Part shown: positions 34,889 through 45,800 of the stretch, one piece after another
Layout of the letters: each line of letters begins with the position of its first letter
How positions within the stretch are numbered: position 1 is the stretch's first letter
Assembly: GCA_004764695.1 (NCBI GenBank)
Contig: SMSO01000032.1
Location: forward strand, 6,108,483-6,172,482
Reading direction: 5' to 3'
Length of the DNA stretch: 64,000 nt
Source: Schizochytrium sp. TIO01
Lineage: Eukaryota > Protista > Bigyra: Labyrinthulomycetes
Made by a program: the position numbers and the translations under genes
Notes under the pieces: model-generated
Database searches by the model: none
Told to the model about the DNA's origin: nothing
What the model saw: only the letters and a program-made list of their open reading frames with translations

Positions 34889-36223
34889 GCGCTATACGCT
34901 ATGTAAGCTAGCTTTTAGCTAGTAAGCAAACCAAGTCTTCCATCATGGTGAGATTTTATATCTCACTTACTCTAACCCTTCCCCTTTATGGTGGCTAGAC
35001 TTGTTTGTCTGTGTTATTTGACTCGCTCACTACACCGCCATCAACCGCCTTCGTCTTAACTTTTCCCTTTCCTACCCTATATTCCCAAGTTCCCATCTAC
35101 TTACTTACTCATCCATGCTTCTACCAGTCTGTTCTATCATCCAAGCGCTTATGATGAAAATAGCTCGCGGGTATTATCTTTTCTTTACAGCGAAAAGATT
35201 TAGAGATGGAGCAACGGATGAGTCGATTGGCCAGGCTAGCTCGCTTCTCGTCACATCTTGTCTGTCACGTCTTTTACCAGCCTGCTTTCGTGTGCTCGAG
35301 TCTGCACACGCCTACACTCAAATTCATGCAAGGATAGTTTCTTTAGACGGCATACCTCATAATAACCTCTTATTGTAACACCACACAAACCAGGAGGAAG
35401 ATCATCAGAGAGCCTCATCCATCCTCCCAGACGCGGAGGATAAAATTCTCTCCTTCGCAAACGATTATCACTTTCATTCCACATTAAACCACAAATCGCA
35501 CTGCATATACATTTTAAAGTTATAGCAACTCGCGCATCATACTGCAAAATTATTGGTTTTTTATTTCGTTGTCCACAACCTTTTCTGTCTTACAAAACCA
35601 GACTTGGCCATTTGCGATGGTCCATGTGACTGTCTTCTTAGAGTTATTTGATTTGGCTTTATATTGAAAAAAATTACAAAATTCATTTGATCTTTTGTGC
35701 TGAAATAATTCTACAACGACTAGAAACTACTGTTTTGGACCTGATAGCTTCATGACTTTAAGAAAGAAAATATAAAACAAGCAAGATTGCAACATATCAA
35801 TTTTCATTCAGTTGTAAGGACTAAATAGCTAGAATTACGGCCCCGGAGGAATTTGAAGTATCCCCAAAAGTCACAAAACAAGACTGTACAATTGATGAAA
35901 GGTGCTTCAGTTGACTCAATCAAAACGGAACTTTGTATTAAACGTCATTTCTAGATTTGATTTTGCCTATTCAGGGATTATACTTTGCCAGAAACTGTGA
36001 CCAACCAATTCTAATGTCTAGTGAGCAAGTATATTTTATTGATTTATCTTTAAATTATATTATTTGTTGCTATTTCTTCATGTTAATCAGCAAAAATAGC
36101 ACATGGCGATGTTAAATGTCATCTGATACGTCGTACCTCCTGCTGTCCCCATCTTTTTACATCTTCAAAAGTTGAGTTATAATCTTTCAAGCGAAGAAAT
36201 CCGTTCCAAATTGAATACTCTTC

Positions 36224-39200
36224 TTACACCTGAGGCCACTTGGCAATAGACAGTAGTTCGAGCCAAGGAAGAACCTCATGTCCGCCACTTGTGTACCATG
36301 TGGCAATCTGCTCAAAAGTAATACCAGACGAGTCCTCGTCCAGGCCAACATCAGCAAAAACACGATCTGCAATCTCTGCAACAGCATCATCAACAACCTT
36401 CCACACTTCACCAGCAGGCCTGCGGCATGCCTCGTCGTTTAATGCAAGCAAGAAAGTTAGAAAGCTCGCCAGATACCTACGAAATACCGGTACAGTTAGC
36501 TTGCCAGTCCTTGTGGGATCAAAACGGTCAAAGGCGTGCGCAAGCTTCTCACTCTTTGAGCCCTTTGAAAGGACCGTGAAACCACATGCAAAGTCTACTA
36601 AAGGTACCTGTTTGCTTGAAGTGCGGTCAAAGGCAGAAAAGATGCTGGAAAGGAGCACTGAGAACATACGTTTATCCTCGCCCGATAGGCTCGAGCCAGG
36701 GATCAATTGGCGAATAACCTGATGGAATGCCAGTCGGCTAAGAACAAGTGGGTCGGAGTCCGATTCGGCCACACGCTCACCAGCAAATGCCAATGCTTTG
36801 TACAACTCACCAGGCAAACGCTGGTCCAAGTCAGAAATTGCAAGCAAGCGGTGTAACTGGGCCACATCATGACGATGAAACTCCATCTCATCACCCTCAC
36901 TTGTGAGAACAAAGCGGAATATGATATCTTCCTCATCATCTTGAATACTGACTTCTCCTAGTTCCCGTGCAATACGCTCCGCGCCACTGTCAACACGACG
37001 GCCTCGGCCATCTCCACTTGGGGGGTAAGAAGATGTACTACTGCTCCGGCTCGCCCGGTTTACGTACTCGAGAGCATGCTGCCACTTTCGCAAGTCAAGA
37101 AGCTCAAGCCATGCCATGTGCCGGTACCCACCCTCCGTGTACCACTCACAGAACTCCTCAAAGCTGATTGCTCCAGGGCATGAGCGACGTGACGATGTCT
37201 GTGTGAGAATAGCCCCTGCTAAAAGTACAGTGGCTTCTGAAAGTTGCTCGAAATCTGCGACATCCTCTTGTGATATAGGACCAGGGTGCTTACCGCTACA
37301 GGCTGGTAAAGCGCGAAGACCCATCAGAAAGGCCAATAGAAACCCATGCAGTTGAGCACGAGTCAAAGTGCCATCTTGATCTTCGTCAAAGCTAGAAAAA
37401 GCAAGGCTAAACTTATCGCTTTTGCGTCCTGCTGTGAAGAGCAGCAATCCACAAAAGATCGCATTCATGCGTACAACACCTCGCCCAATTGAAGCCTGGG
37501 TTTCAAAAAGACCAAATATTGTGACAAAGGTACGCATCAAACGTTGGCGCTGTCGACTAGATTGTTCGGGGGCACGGTCCAAAAGGTCGTTTATCATGGC
37601 CATGTAGCTCGACATATTTAGAACGGGCAGTCCTCCCTTTGTTACGGAGTATTGTAATAAATGCGCGTGAAGGCTTTCAGCAGTCATCAGCCGAAGGCCA
37701 GACACGTCTGCCACCTCTCGAACAAAGTAGGCGTCACGACGCGAAATGCCTAATGATGTGTCTACGTCTCCGCCAACGTTAAAACGCAGCAAGATTTCGT
37801 CAGAGAGACGCATCCACTCTTCATCCTCAGCGGCGGAACCTACTGTTGGGTGGTGCATAAACGATGATCCCCCAAGCGGCCATTTGGCCAGGTCATACAG
37901 CTCAACCCAGGGTATGCGCTCGCATCCACCTCCTTCAGCATACCATTGAGCAAAATCGTCAAAGGAAACTTTCACCCCGTGGCCCACACGAGGCGGCTCT
38001 GCGGAACGAAGTTTGATGAAGCTGACAATACTCGCAACAGCTTCGCTCGCCGCTGCTGCTGAAATTGCCTGAACCTTGTTCATCGTTTCGCGTTTCGCCA
38101 CCGCCGTCAAACCCTGGAGACCCAATAGGAGAGCTGTTAAGAAATGAGTCAGCTCAGTTGCTGAAAGAGTACCATCGCGGTCTCGATCAAATAGTGCGAA
38201 CCCTACCGCTAGTTTATCGCTCTTATTGCCCTGTGCTAAAAGGCTCAAGCCACAGGCGACCTGGTCTGTAGCGGCGCGGTCTGTTTCTTTAGTCTCATAC
38301 AGCTTGAAAAACTGTCGGAGCCTCTTCTCTGCTTCATCAAAGTCAGGTGCGTCTTCATTTGGCGCATCTGAGGTGTCCCGAATCGAGCGGACAATTTCTC
38401 GAACGGCCACGAGAAAGGAGTTGCAATCAATGGTAATATCCGAGCCGCGTGATGCGCGAAGCAGGGCAGCATGAATCTCATCTGCACCGGCGGAATCGAG
38501 TCGCGTGAAGCGCAAGATATCGTCCAAAGAGTCTACATCCGTCGTATTGAGCGCCAAGGAAGCCTTGGCCGCCTCGCCCGGAGAATTACCTGCGCGCAAA
38601 GGCACAAGAAACACTAGCCGTTCCCCACTGCTACCAGTCTGGGAAGACCCACCAACAGCTTCGCCCTTATCGCTACCGTAGCTTCCCGGAGCTGCCTTAT
38701 TAACAAGTGGCCACTTACTAAGATCCAGCAGCTCAAGCCAGGGCACAATGTCCAGGCCTACAAGGTTGTACCACTCGCCAAACTCCTCAAAGGTAACCTT
38801 GTCCTTGTCTGCCTTGCCAAAGTGCTGGTAGACTGCACGCGCGACCTCTACGCTGGTACGATCAATGGTTGAGTAGATCTCTTCGGCGTCAAGTTTGGGC
38901 GCATCCTTCTGGAGGGCAAACAGAAAAGTAAGGAAAGAGCGCAAGTACCGCACAAGCCCGATCGAGTCCACAGCACCTTCGCCGTCTGTGTCAAACAAGG
39001 AGAATGCTAAAGAGAGTTTTTGCGACTTGCTTCCACTAGCCAAGAGCATGAAGCCACTGAGGAACTCATCTGTCGGCACACGACCTTCACTCGCCCTATC
39101 AAAGGCGTAAAAGAAGGTGGAAAACGTGTATGATAAGTACCGCTGTTCCTGCTTCCCAAGGAGTTCACCTGGAACAAGCTCGCGAATGCATTGATCGAAG

Positions 39201-40882
39201 TTATCTTTCGTCAGGTCAGGGCCATCTTGTGTTGCTACTGCATTCAAAAATAGACTATACATTTCCTCCGCGCCAGTGTCGGAGATGCGCGTGGTAGAGA
39301 TTATAAGGTCTACCAACTCAGCATCAATAGGCATCAAAACCAATTCACGATCCTCAAAAAGTTTGAAATGAAACAGAGGTTGGGGTTCAGCGCCATCTGC
39401 ATCCTTTCCTGCTGTAACTTTATCAGCACCATTGCTGTCATCCTCCTCCTCGTCATCATCAGCGAGGTCCACGGCATCATTCTCGTCACCAGACTCATCA
39501 TAGTCGTGTCCATCGCTCGCAAGCTGGTGTTCTTCGGCATCGTCGGAATCTGGCATATCAAAGCTGTGATTCAGGTTTTGTGAAGGCATCGTCCGTACAA
39601 CGGCAGGTTTAGGGATGATCTTCACATGTCGCCGAGGCCGCCGGTGCAGCGGTGAAATCATTGCGCTTCCTTCACTCATGAGTGTCACGATCTCAGGCGG
39701 TGGCATGGAGGATGTTTCGCCGAAAGGAGCGAGCTTGGACACCCAGCGCAGCGCATCTGCTATATGAATGTCAGAGTTATACAATTCGACCCATGGCATG
39801 AGGTTTTGGCCAACAGAGCAATACCATTGCCAGAATAACTGCAAAGTGATGTTTTCTTCACCGATGCCAGGCACAGTATACAATGCAGCCTCGCAGGTTT
39901 CGTCCACCAGGCCGTACACATATCTCGAAGGAAGGCGCGACATACCGTCATTGAACGAGAGCGCAAACGTGAGTAAAGACCTGAAGAGGTGCACGAGCTG
40001 GCTTGCACGAAGAGCACCGTCTTGGTCCGTATCAAAAAGCTGGAACATGTAGGCAAACTTAACATCCTCTTCACTCGAAGTCAGGAGGATGAGACCACAG
40101 AGTAGCTCGCGAACAGGAACGAGCTCCTCGCCGAAGACATCAAGCGCGTAGAAGGCCCTCAGCAAAAGCCCACGCATGTGCTGGCATTGTGCAGCGCTTC
40201 CAACACCTGCAGGACAAATATGGTCTTCGACAACCTCCATGAAGAGATCCCGTGGCATGAGTTCCTGTCCCTCCAAAGAAAATAGATCCATAAGGGCGGC
40301 GGCGTTGAGTGAAAGACTTGCAAGCGCTTGTCTAAGTAGCCTCACGGAGACGAGTTCTCGCTGGCTCACCAAAACAACTTGGCTGCCCACCAGAGCGTAC
40401 CTGAGCGACCTCCGCTTTCCTGCACTTGGCGTCACCGCCCTGCTTCCAGGAACTCCTCTTTGAGTTCCATTCTTTGATTTGACTAAGTTCGAAGATCTTG
40501 ATGAGGCCGGAAGCGCCGAAGATCCCGGCTTTGAAGAAGAAGGCAACTTCGATGACGATGACTCAGAAGAGGCAGACGCCTTTGCAGCAAGGTCTTCGCG
40601 GTATTTTTGAGCCTGAAGCATGTCATTATACTCCTCTTCGGCTGGAGAAAGCTTCACGAGGAGGTCAAGATGGCGTCCTCCAAAGGCAGTGGCGCCCATG
40701 AGGCCAACGAGGGTAATCGGGTAAATGGTTGCACCCATGGAGAAACCTACAACATTGCTTTCAGCTACACCGAAGGCAGCAGCACAATGCTGCACGAGAC
40801 GAGCAGGGTCCCCATGCAACGGGAGCGTAGCCTCTCGACCATCGAACCTGCACACGAGGTACCCCGACGCAAGGCCGGCCAT
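36224..40882 (-). CDS. Large EF-hand protein built of five tandem NCS/calcineurin-B-like modules
   Basis: Repeated K..KL..AF.LFD.D.DG (FDTDQDG, FDTDGEG, FDRDRDG, FDEDQDG, FDPTRTG). Each module ends in WY..G....PW.EL(.DL.KW). Confidence 0.85.
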   Translation of the reverse strand: MAGLASGYLVCRFDGREATLPLHGDPARLVQHCAAAFGVAESNVVGFSMGATIYPITLVGLMGATAFGGRHLDLLVKLSPAEEEYNDMLQAQKYREDLAAKASASSESSSSKLPSSSKPGSSALPASSRSSNLVKSKNGTQRGVPGSRAVTPSAGKRRSLRYALVGSQVVLVSQRELVSVRLLRQALASLSLNAAALMDLFSLEGQELMPRDLFMEVVEDHICPAGVGSAAQCQHMRGLLLRAFYALDVFGEELVPVRELLCGLILLTSSEEDVKFAYMFQLFDTDQDGALRASQLVHLFRSLLTFALSFNDGMSRLPSRYVYGLVDETCEAALYTVPGIGEENITLQLFWQWYCSVGQNLMPWVELYNSDIHIADALRWVSKLAPFGETSSMPPPEIVTLMSEGSAMISPLHRRPRRHVKIIPKPAVVRTMPSQNLNHSFDMPDSDDAEEHQLASDGHDYDESGDENDAVDLADDDEEEDDSNGADKVTAGKDADGAEPQPLFHFKLFEDRELVLMPIDAELVDLIISTTRISDTGAEEMYSLFLNAVATQDGPDLTKDNFDQCIRELVPGELLGKQEQRYLSYTFSTFFYAFDRASEGRVPTDEFLSGFMLLASGSKSQKLSLAFSLFDTDGEGAVDSIGLVRYLRSFLTFLFALQKDAPKLDAEEIYSTIDRTSVEVARAVYQHFGKADKDKVTFEEFGEWYNLVGLDIVPWLELLDLSKWPLVNKAAPGSYGSDKGEAVGGSSQTGSSGERLVFLVPLRAGNSPGEAAKASLALNTTDVDSLDDILRFTRLDSAGADEIHAALLRASRGSDITIDCNSFLVAVREIVRSIRDTSDAPNEDAPDFDEAEKRLRQFFKLYETKETDRAATDQVACGLSLLAQGNKSDKLAVGFALFDRDRDGTLSATELTHFLTALLLGLQGLTAVAKRETMNKVQAISAAAASEAVASIVSFIKLRSAEPPRVGHGVKVSFDDFAQWYAEGGGCERIPWVELYDLAKWPLGGSSFMHHPTVGSAAEDEEWMRLSDEILLRFNVGGDVDTSLGISRRDAYFVREVADVSGLRLMTAESLHAHLLQYSVTKGGLPVLNMSSYMAMINDLLDRAPEQSSRQRQRLMRTFVTIFGLFETQASIGRGVVRMNAIFCGLLLFTAGRKSDKFSLAFSSFDEDQDGTLTRAQLHGFLLAFLMGLRALPACSGKHPGPISQEDVADFEQLSEATVLLAGAILTQTSSRRSCPGAISFEEFCEWYTEGGYRHMAWLELLDLRKWQHALEYVNRASRSSSTSSYPPSGDGRGRRVDSGAERIARELGEVSIQDDEEDIIFRFVLTSEGDEMEFHRHDVAQLHRLLAISDLDQRLPGELYKALAFAGERVAESDSDPLVLSRLAFHQVIRQLIPGSSLSGEDKRMFSVLLSSIFSAFDRTSSKQVPLVDFACGFTVLSKGSKSEKLAHAFDRFDPTRTGKLTVPVFRRYLASFLTFLLALNDEACRRPAGEVWKVVDDAVAEIADRVFADVGLDEDSSGITFEQIATWYTSGGHEVLPWLELLSIAKWPQV

Positions 40883-41529
40883 GAGATGGACCTGTAAAGG
40901 AATATCAATCTATCAATCTGTGCACCTGACGAACCGGGTTCAAGCTCAAAGACGCGGCTGAGGCCCGCTGAGATTATCTCAATATGCGGGGCCCACCCAA
41001 TCACTCCTCTTCACGCGCAAGACCTTTTCGCTGTCCACAGAAGAAGCTTTAGGACGCGAGATAAATTGGAGAAGATGTGGAATGGATATCCGCAGAAGAA
41101 GAAGAAACAGAAGAACTATCAATGTGCGCTCGTCCTCCAGAAGCCACCCCTGCAACGCTACCTAGCAGGCTACGGAGAGCGAGTAGGAGGATACGAAGAA
41201 TGAGGAGCAAGGGACGCCCGTCTACCTCGAAGCAGCTCACGAGATCGGGATTTGGCGGCTGCAGGATTTGCATGAGCAATATGAATTTATAGTAATATTA
41301 AAAAATAAATATGTCTGTTGTTGGATTATGTAATACTAAGAGCACCTAGTAAGTACCTAGAGTACTAACAGAGATGAAGCGTAATCTCCTGTAATGGCTG
41401 TCACTCAAGGTTTGTAAAACTTGCCAGTGGCTTAGTTTTTCCATTTGTCTTGGTGATTTGTCAAGAGACTTAGAAGAATAATCACTTTTATTAGGACTTC
41501 AATTGTATGGTATCTTTTTAACAAGGTTC

Positions 41530-41960
41530 ATACTTGTATGATGTCCGCAGCCCACGTAATATTTTAGGGAGGTTCATAACTTGTATGATGTTTTGCCACA
41601 AACACCACTATGTAGGACAAAAGAAGGTCCTGTAGGCTCCAAGGATATACCCTATCCAAAACCATCGGTGTAGCTGCACACGTGCAGTAGCCAAAACCTT
41701 AGTGCATATGCTTTCCAACTTGGGCTAATGAAGGAGTTGATATAGAGCTTTGGAATTGTCCGTATGCATCACAATTGCAGGTCTTCAAAGAAATATCCAT
41801 GTAGCTTAGATTCAAGAATTACTTTTCAAATACTCCAAGAATAGTTTGTATCATTTGAGTATGGTTTCGGTAAAACAATAGCCACAACCATTGTCTTTTA
41901 TGAAGAAACTGTGCATCTAGCAAAATCTATCATTGTTGTGACTAGTGTCGAGGCATTGAA
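41530..41960 (-). mobile_element. Degenerate Ty3/gypsy-like RT-RNase H relic
   Basis: My minus-strand translation is RPAIVMHTDNSKALYQLLH*PKL...ATARVQLHRW...ILGAYR, then NITWAADII. This resembles the gypsy RNase H pattern (TDH..L..L ... RLQRW...L..Y ... N..AD.LSR) but has stops and frameshifts. Confidence 0.38.
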
Positions 41961-42873
41961 ATATAATTATTATTAAAAAATTGTAGCAAAAATTCATTTT
42001 CCTATTCATATTTGAAGTTGCCCCAGCTGCGAGGGAGGAGCTACATATGGTTTTCTAATTTACAATCGCATATCTCTGCAGCTGTTCTTTTATCAGCGGT
42101 AGTCTTCTTCTAATTATTAAAATAGTACGTGCAATACCTATTCTCTACAACTTTACTTAGTATGTGGCACTCTAGTCGCTAAAGAAGCTCCTGTAGGGTT
42201 TTCATAGAGCAACCTTGATTAATATCCCGAGCGCTGACACCTCGAAATCAACGAGCATTCGCGCATACGCAGCATAAACACAGCAGCTGAACAAATAAAA
42301 AATGTTAACTTCTATACGTTACCCGAAAGAATCAAGTAAATCATGACGAAGAAGGACCTCAAAAGGCTAGTAAACGGAGATACTTAAGGTGTAGACCCTT
42401 AGCCATCGCATTCGGTCATTTTTGTTTTCCTCATTTCTCATGTAGTAGATGTGAGCAAAAACAAATCTAAATCGCCACATGAGAAGTTATTTCGTTCCCT
42501 CGACCTCATATGTCCATGTTCACATCTCCTACTCGCCGCTGCTTACATGAAGTACCTGGTCCCCATCAGAGGCGAGTTAATTCTTCTATACGAGAGACCG
42601 AACATTTCTACGACTCTGCCTCTTGAAGGGTTTAACTTATCGTGTGAACAATATATATCACTGATAAGCTATAGTAAGACATTTTACCTTTTTTAGTAAC
42701 TACTGTAGACTAGACAATGATACGAGCAATGGGCCTATTAAATAAAAGATATGATTGTTCATGGAAATGAAATTAGAGTGATAGATTGAACAAAGAAAAG
42801 CAATGCGGTATCTCGTGCGTGCTCAGAGCGTGGCAGGCGGTCTTGCGAGGGCGGGGCGTCTGTTCTGCTCGGT

Positions 42874-45800
42874 ATGTCGCGAGGGCGGCACACAATGGAG
42901 CGCACGCGACCGCTTGTGGAGTGGTCTCCACACGACTCGAGCCACTTTGTGCTAGCTTCCTCCGTGGATCTTAAGCTGTTCGATTCCGCTGCTCTCAACG
43001 TCAACGGAGACGCTGAAGCTTCTAGCGTCCTTCTTGCCAGCAGCTCCATCGGCCCCTCTATCTCATCATCATCTGCAGTACCTCGCCATGCACATAACTC
43101 TAGTTCCGGCAACTCTTCGACATCAGCATTTCACCTTTCGTCAAAACCAAGTGGCAATGGTGAATATTCAATCTCGAGCAGCGCAAACCATGCTGTGAAT
43201 AACGTCACTACCAGTGCCTCTCAGAGTGGAGTATACAGCTCTGGTATGAGAACACAATTCGCCCCCGGTATGAACTCCAGCTCAACCGGAATGGCGCAGT
43301 TGCACCTGGGTCCTGCAGCGAACTTGGAGCATTCCAGATCCAACGCAAGCCATTGGAAACGTAAAAACAACCTCATTGCTGTTAGGTCCATGTCCAGGCC
43401 CATTCGCTGCGTGAGCTGGTACCCTGGTGCAGACGACCCACTGCTCGTGGCTACCGGCGATAGCACAGGCCATGTGCGACTTGTGAGTTTTCAGGAGAAT
43501 CGCAATCTAGAATCAAATGGCGTAGTCATGGAGTTCGGGAACAACCGGAATCTTAATGCTTTGTCCTGGAACCCTCAGCACACGAACATCATTGCCGTTG
43601 GTATGGACTTTACACGCCTCGTAAACAGCATTGCGTTCTGGGATATCAACCGCATAGCCAAGACGAATGGAGGTAATAACTCCAACAGGAACAGCCAGCA
43701 AAATGTGGAACAGCAACCGCCAGAGCAGCAGCAGCAACAACAACAGAAAGGCACTGGAAGTTCAGATGGTCAGAAAAGTGGAACTGAGGAAAATCCTAAT
43801 CCGAATTTACCGCACCCAATCATGGAAACAGGACAAATGGAAGGAGCACTCGCGTTAGCATGGGCCCCAAACAACCCGAATTGCCTTGCAGTTGGCACTC
43901 AATTCAAGTGGATGCGGCTCTATGACATTCGTCTTGGCATGACAGAAGAACCCAATACAGCACATAGGAAGACACCACAGTCTGTGGTAGCCCACGCTAA
44001 AGCGGTCAAAGGTGTTGTCTTTGACCCTTGCAGGCCTCACTGTCTTGCAACTTTCTCGGACGACGGACTGATGAAAGCATGGGACACTCGCCGCTTAGAC
44101 AACCCCGTGATTACTATCTACTCCCAATCAAAGAACACGAGTCAGATTTCATGGTCCCCTGTGCAGCCTGGCTTGTTAGCTAGCGTCAATATTGACGAGA
44201 AGTGTATTAGCCTCTATGATGTCCGTAGGGCCTACGATGTAGAGCACACTGTGAAGACTAGGTACACCGATGCTGAAATGGATTCTCCCCCTAGGAATGG
44301 ACTCGGTGACAACCGTGAAGTCGATAGTGGAGGAGCCACTCCACGAGGAGATGTGAATGGACGTGCGGTAGTGAAAGAGGGCTCTTCTGATGACAGCGGG
44401 AATATAGCACGAGAGTTGAGTAACAGCTCAATGCCTGCTCAAACCACAATAGAGTTGCGAAAGCCAGACTTGCGCCGCTACACAAAGCATGCACCTGCAA
44501 GCTTTTGCTGGATCCCTGGTGCCAAGAACCAAAACTTCCGTCCGGAGGATTTGGTGCCAGGAGCCCAGGCCAAAGCTGGCCAGACCTGCACTGATGAGTC
44601 CACCAACCGTGTCCTATTTGTTTCGTGGAGTGGCAACTACGTCGAGGATGTCTCCTTGCAGGACCCTCTTCCCCTGTCTGTATCTCCAACTTCCTCTGTG
44701 AGCTTCGGGAGCAGCCAAGGTATACGTAATCTCTCGTTCGCTGCGTATGATCCCTCTATGGTTCTGCGCAAGCGTGCCAAGCTCGGATACTCGATTGATG
44801 CAAATGCAAATGTCGCATTGCTTGATCAGACCGTGGCTGCTGCCAAACATCTTCTCCATGGACAATCACGTTCTGCAGTTGCTTCTGAAGAACATTTTGA
44901 GATGGTAGACCGTTTTGATACACGTGGATGCCTTGAAAACCTTTTGCGCTTGAGGGACATGTGGCGCTGGATTCTTCGAGCATCTAGTCTTATTGACCCT
45001 ATGAGATCCAGAGGCCTTGTCGACTCAGGACTTCTTTTTGTCATTACTCAGCGCCCCGGCATTCAGGGAGATACACACATCGATGCGACTCTCAAACCTC
45101 CATTCTGTCTTTATCGTAGTAGCCAGCGAACCTTTGCGCTACATTTGTGCGGCTGGAGAGATTTTGGTGACGCAGATACAGAAAACTCAAACAGCAAATC
45201 AGCTGCTCTGGAGGCCAACGAAGATGGCTCGCCTCTGAATCCTTTAGACTCTGATCGAGATTATCAACGCGCTGCAGCGTTGGCAGTGTTTGACTGCAAC
45301 CTTCCACTCGCGGTTCACATCCTCCAAACAGAAGCCAGTTTGTTGCTCAAGGAAAAATCAGAGCGTCTTCGCTTTCTTCCGCGTACAGATGGAACGGAGC
45401 AGGATGAAAATCTTATTGCAGATTTGCTGCAGCTTGTTGCAATGGCACTTGCTGGATACCCGAGCACAGAAAGCCAGACATCGAAATTGTGGATTGATTC
45501 TTGTTGCGCACTGACCAAGAGACTTGGAAGATTTCCTATTCTCTGTGCAGCGCTTAAGTTTCTTATGGAAAACTTTGAGCGTCGCATACTTAGGTCAAGC
45601 AATGCTGAAGCAACGTCTGACGGTAAGAAAACCATGTCATCAGGGTCAGACACCACAAGCACGTCTGTCGATAATGAAGCAAGCTCGAGCATTGACTCCA
45701 TGAGTAGCGAGATAATTGATTTTCGGAGCAGCAGTGGGCCTGCTTTGGCAGGGATTCCAGAGAACGATCCTGTTGGTGAAACTGCTCCAAACAAAACACT

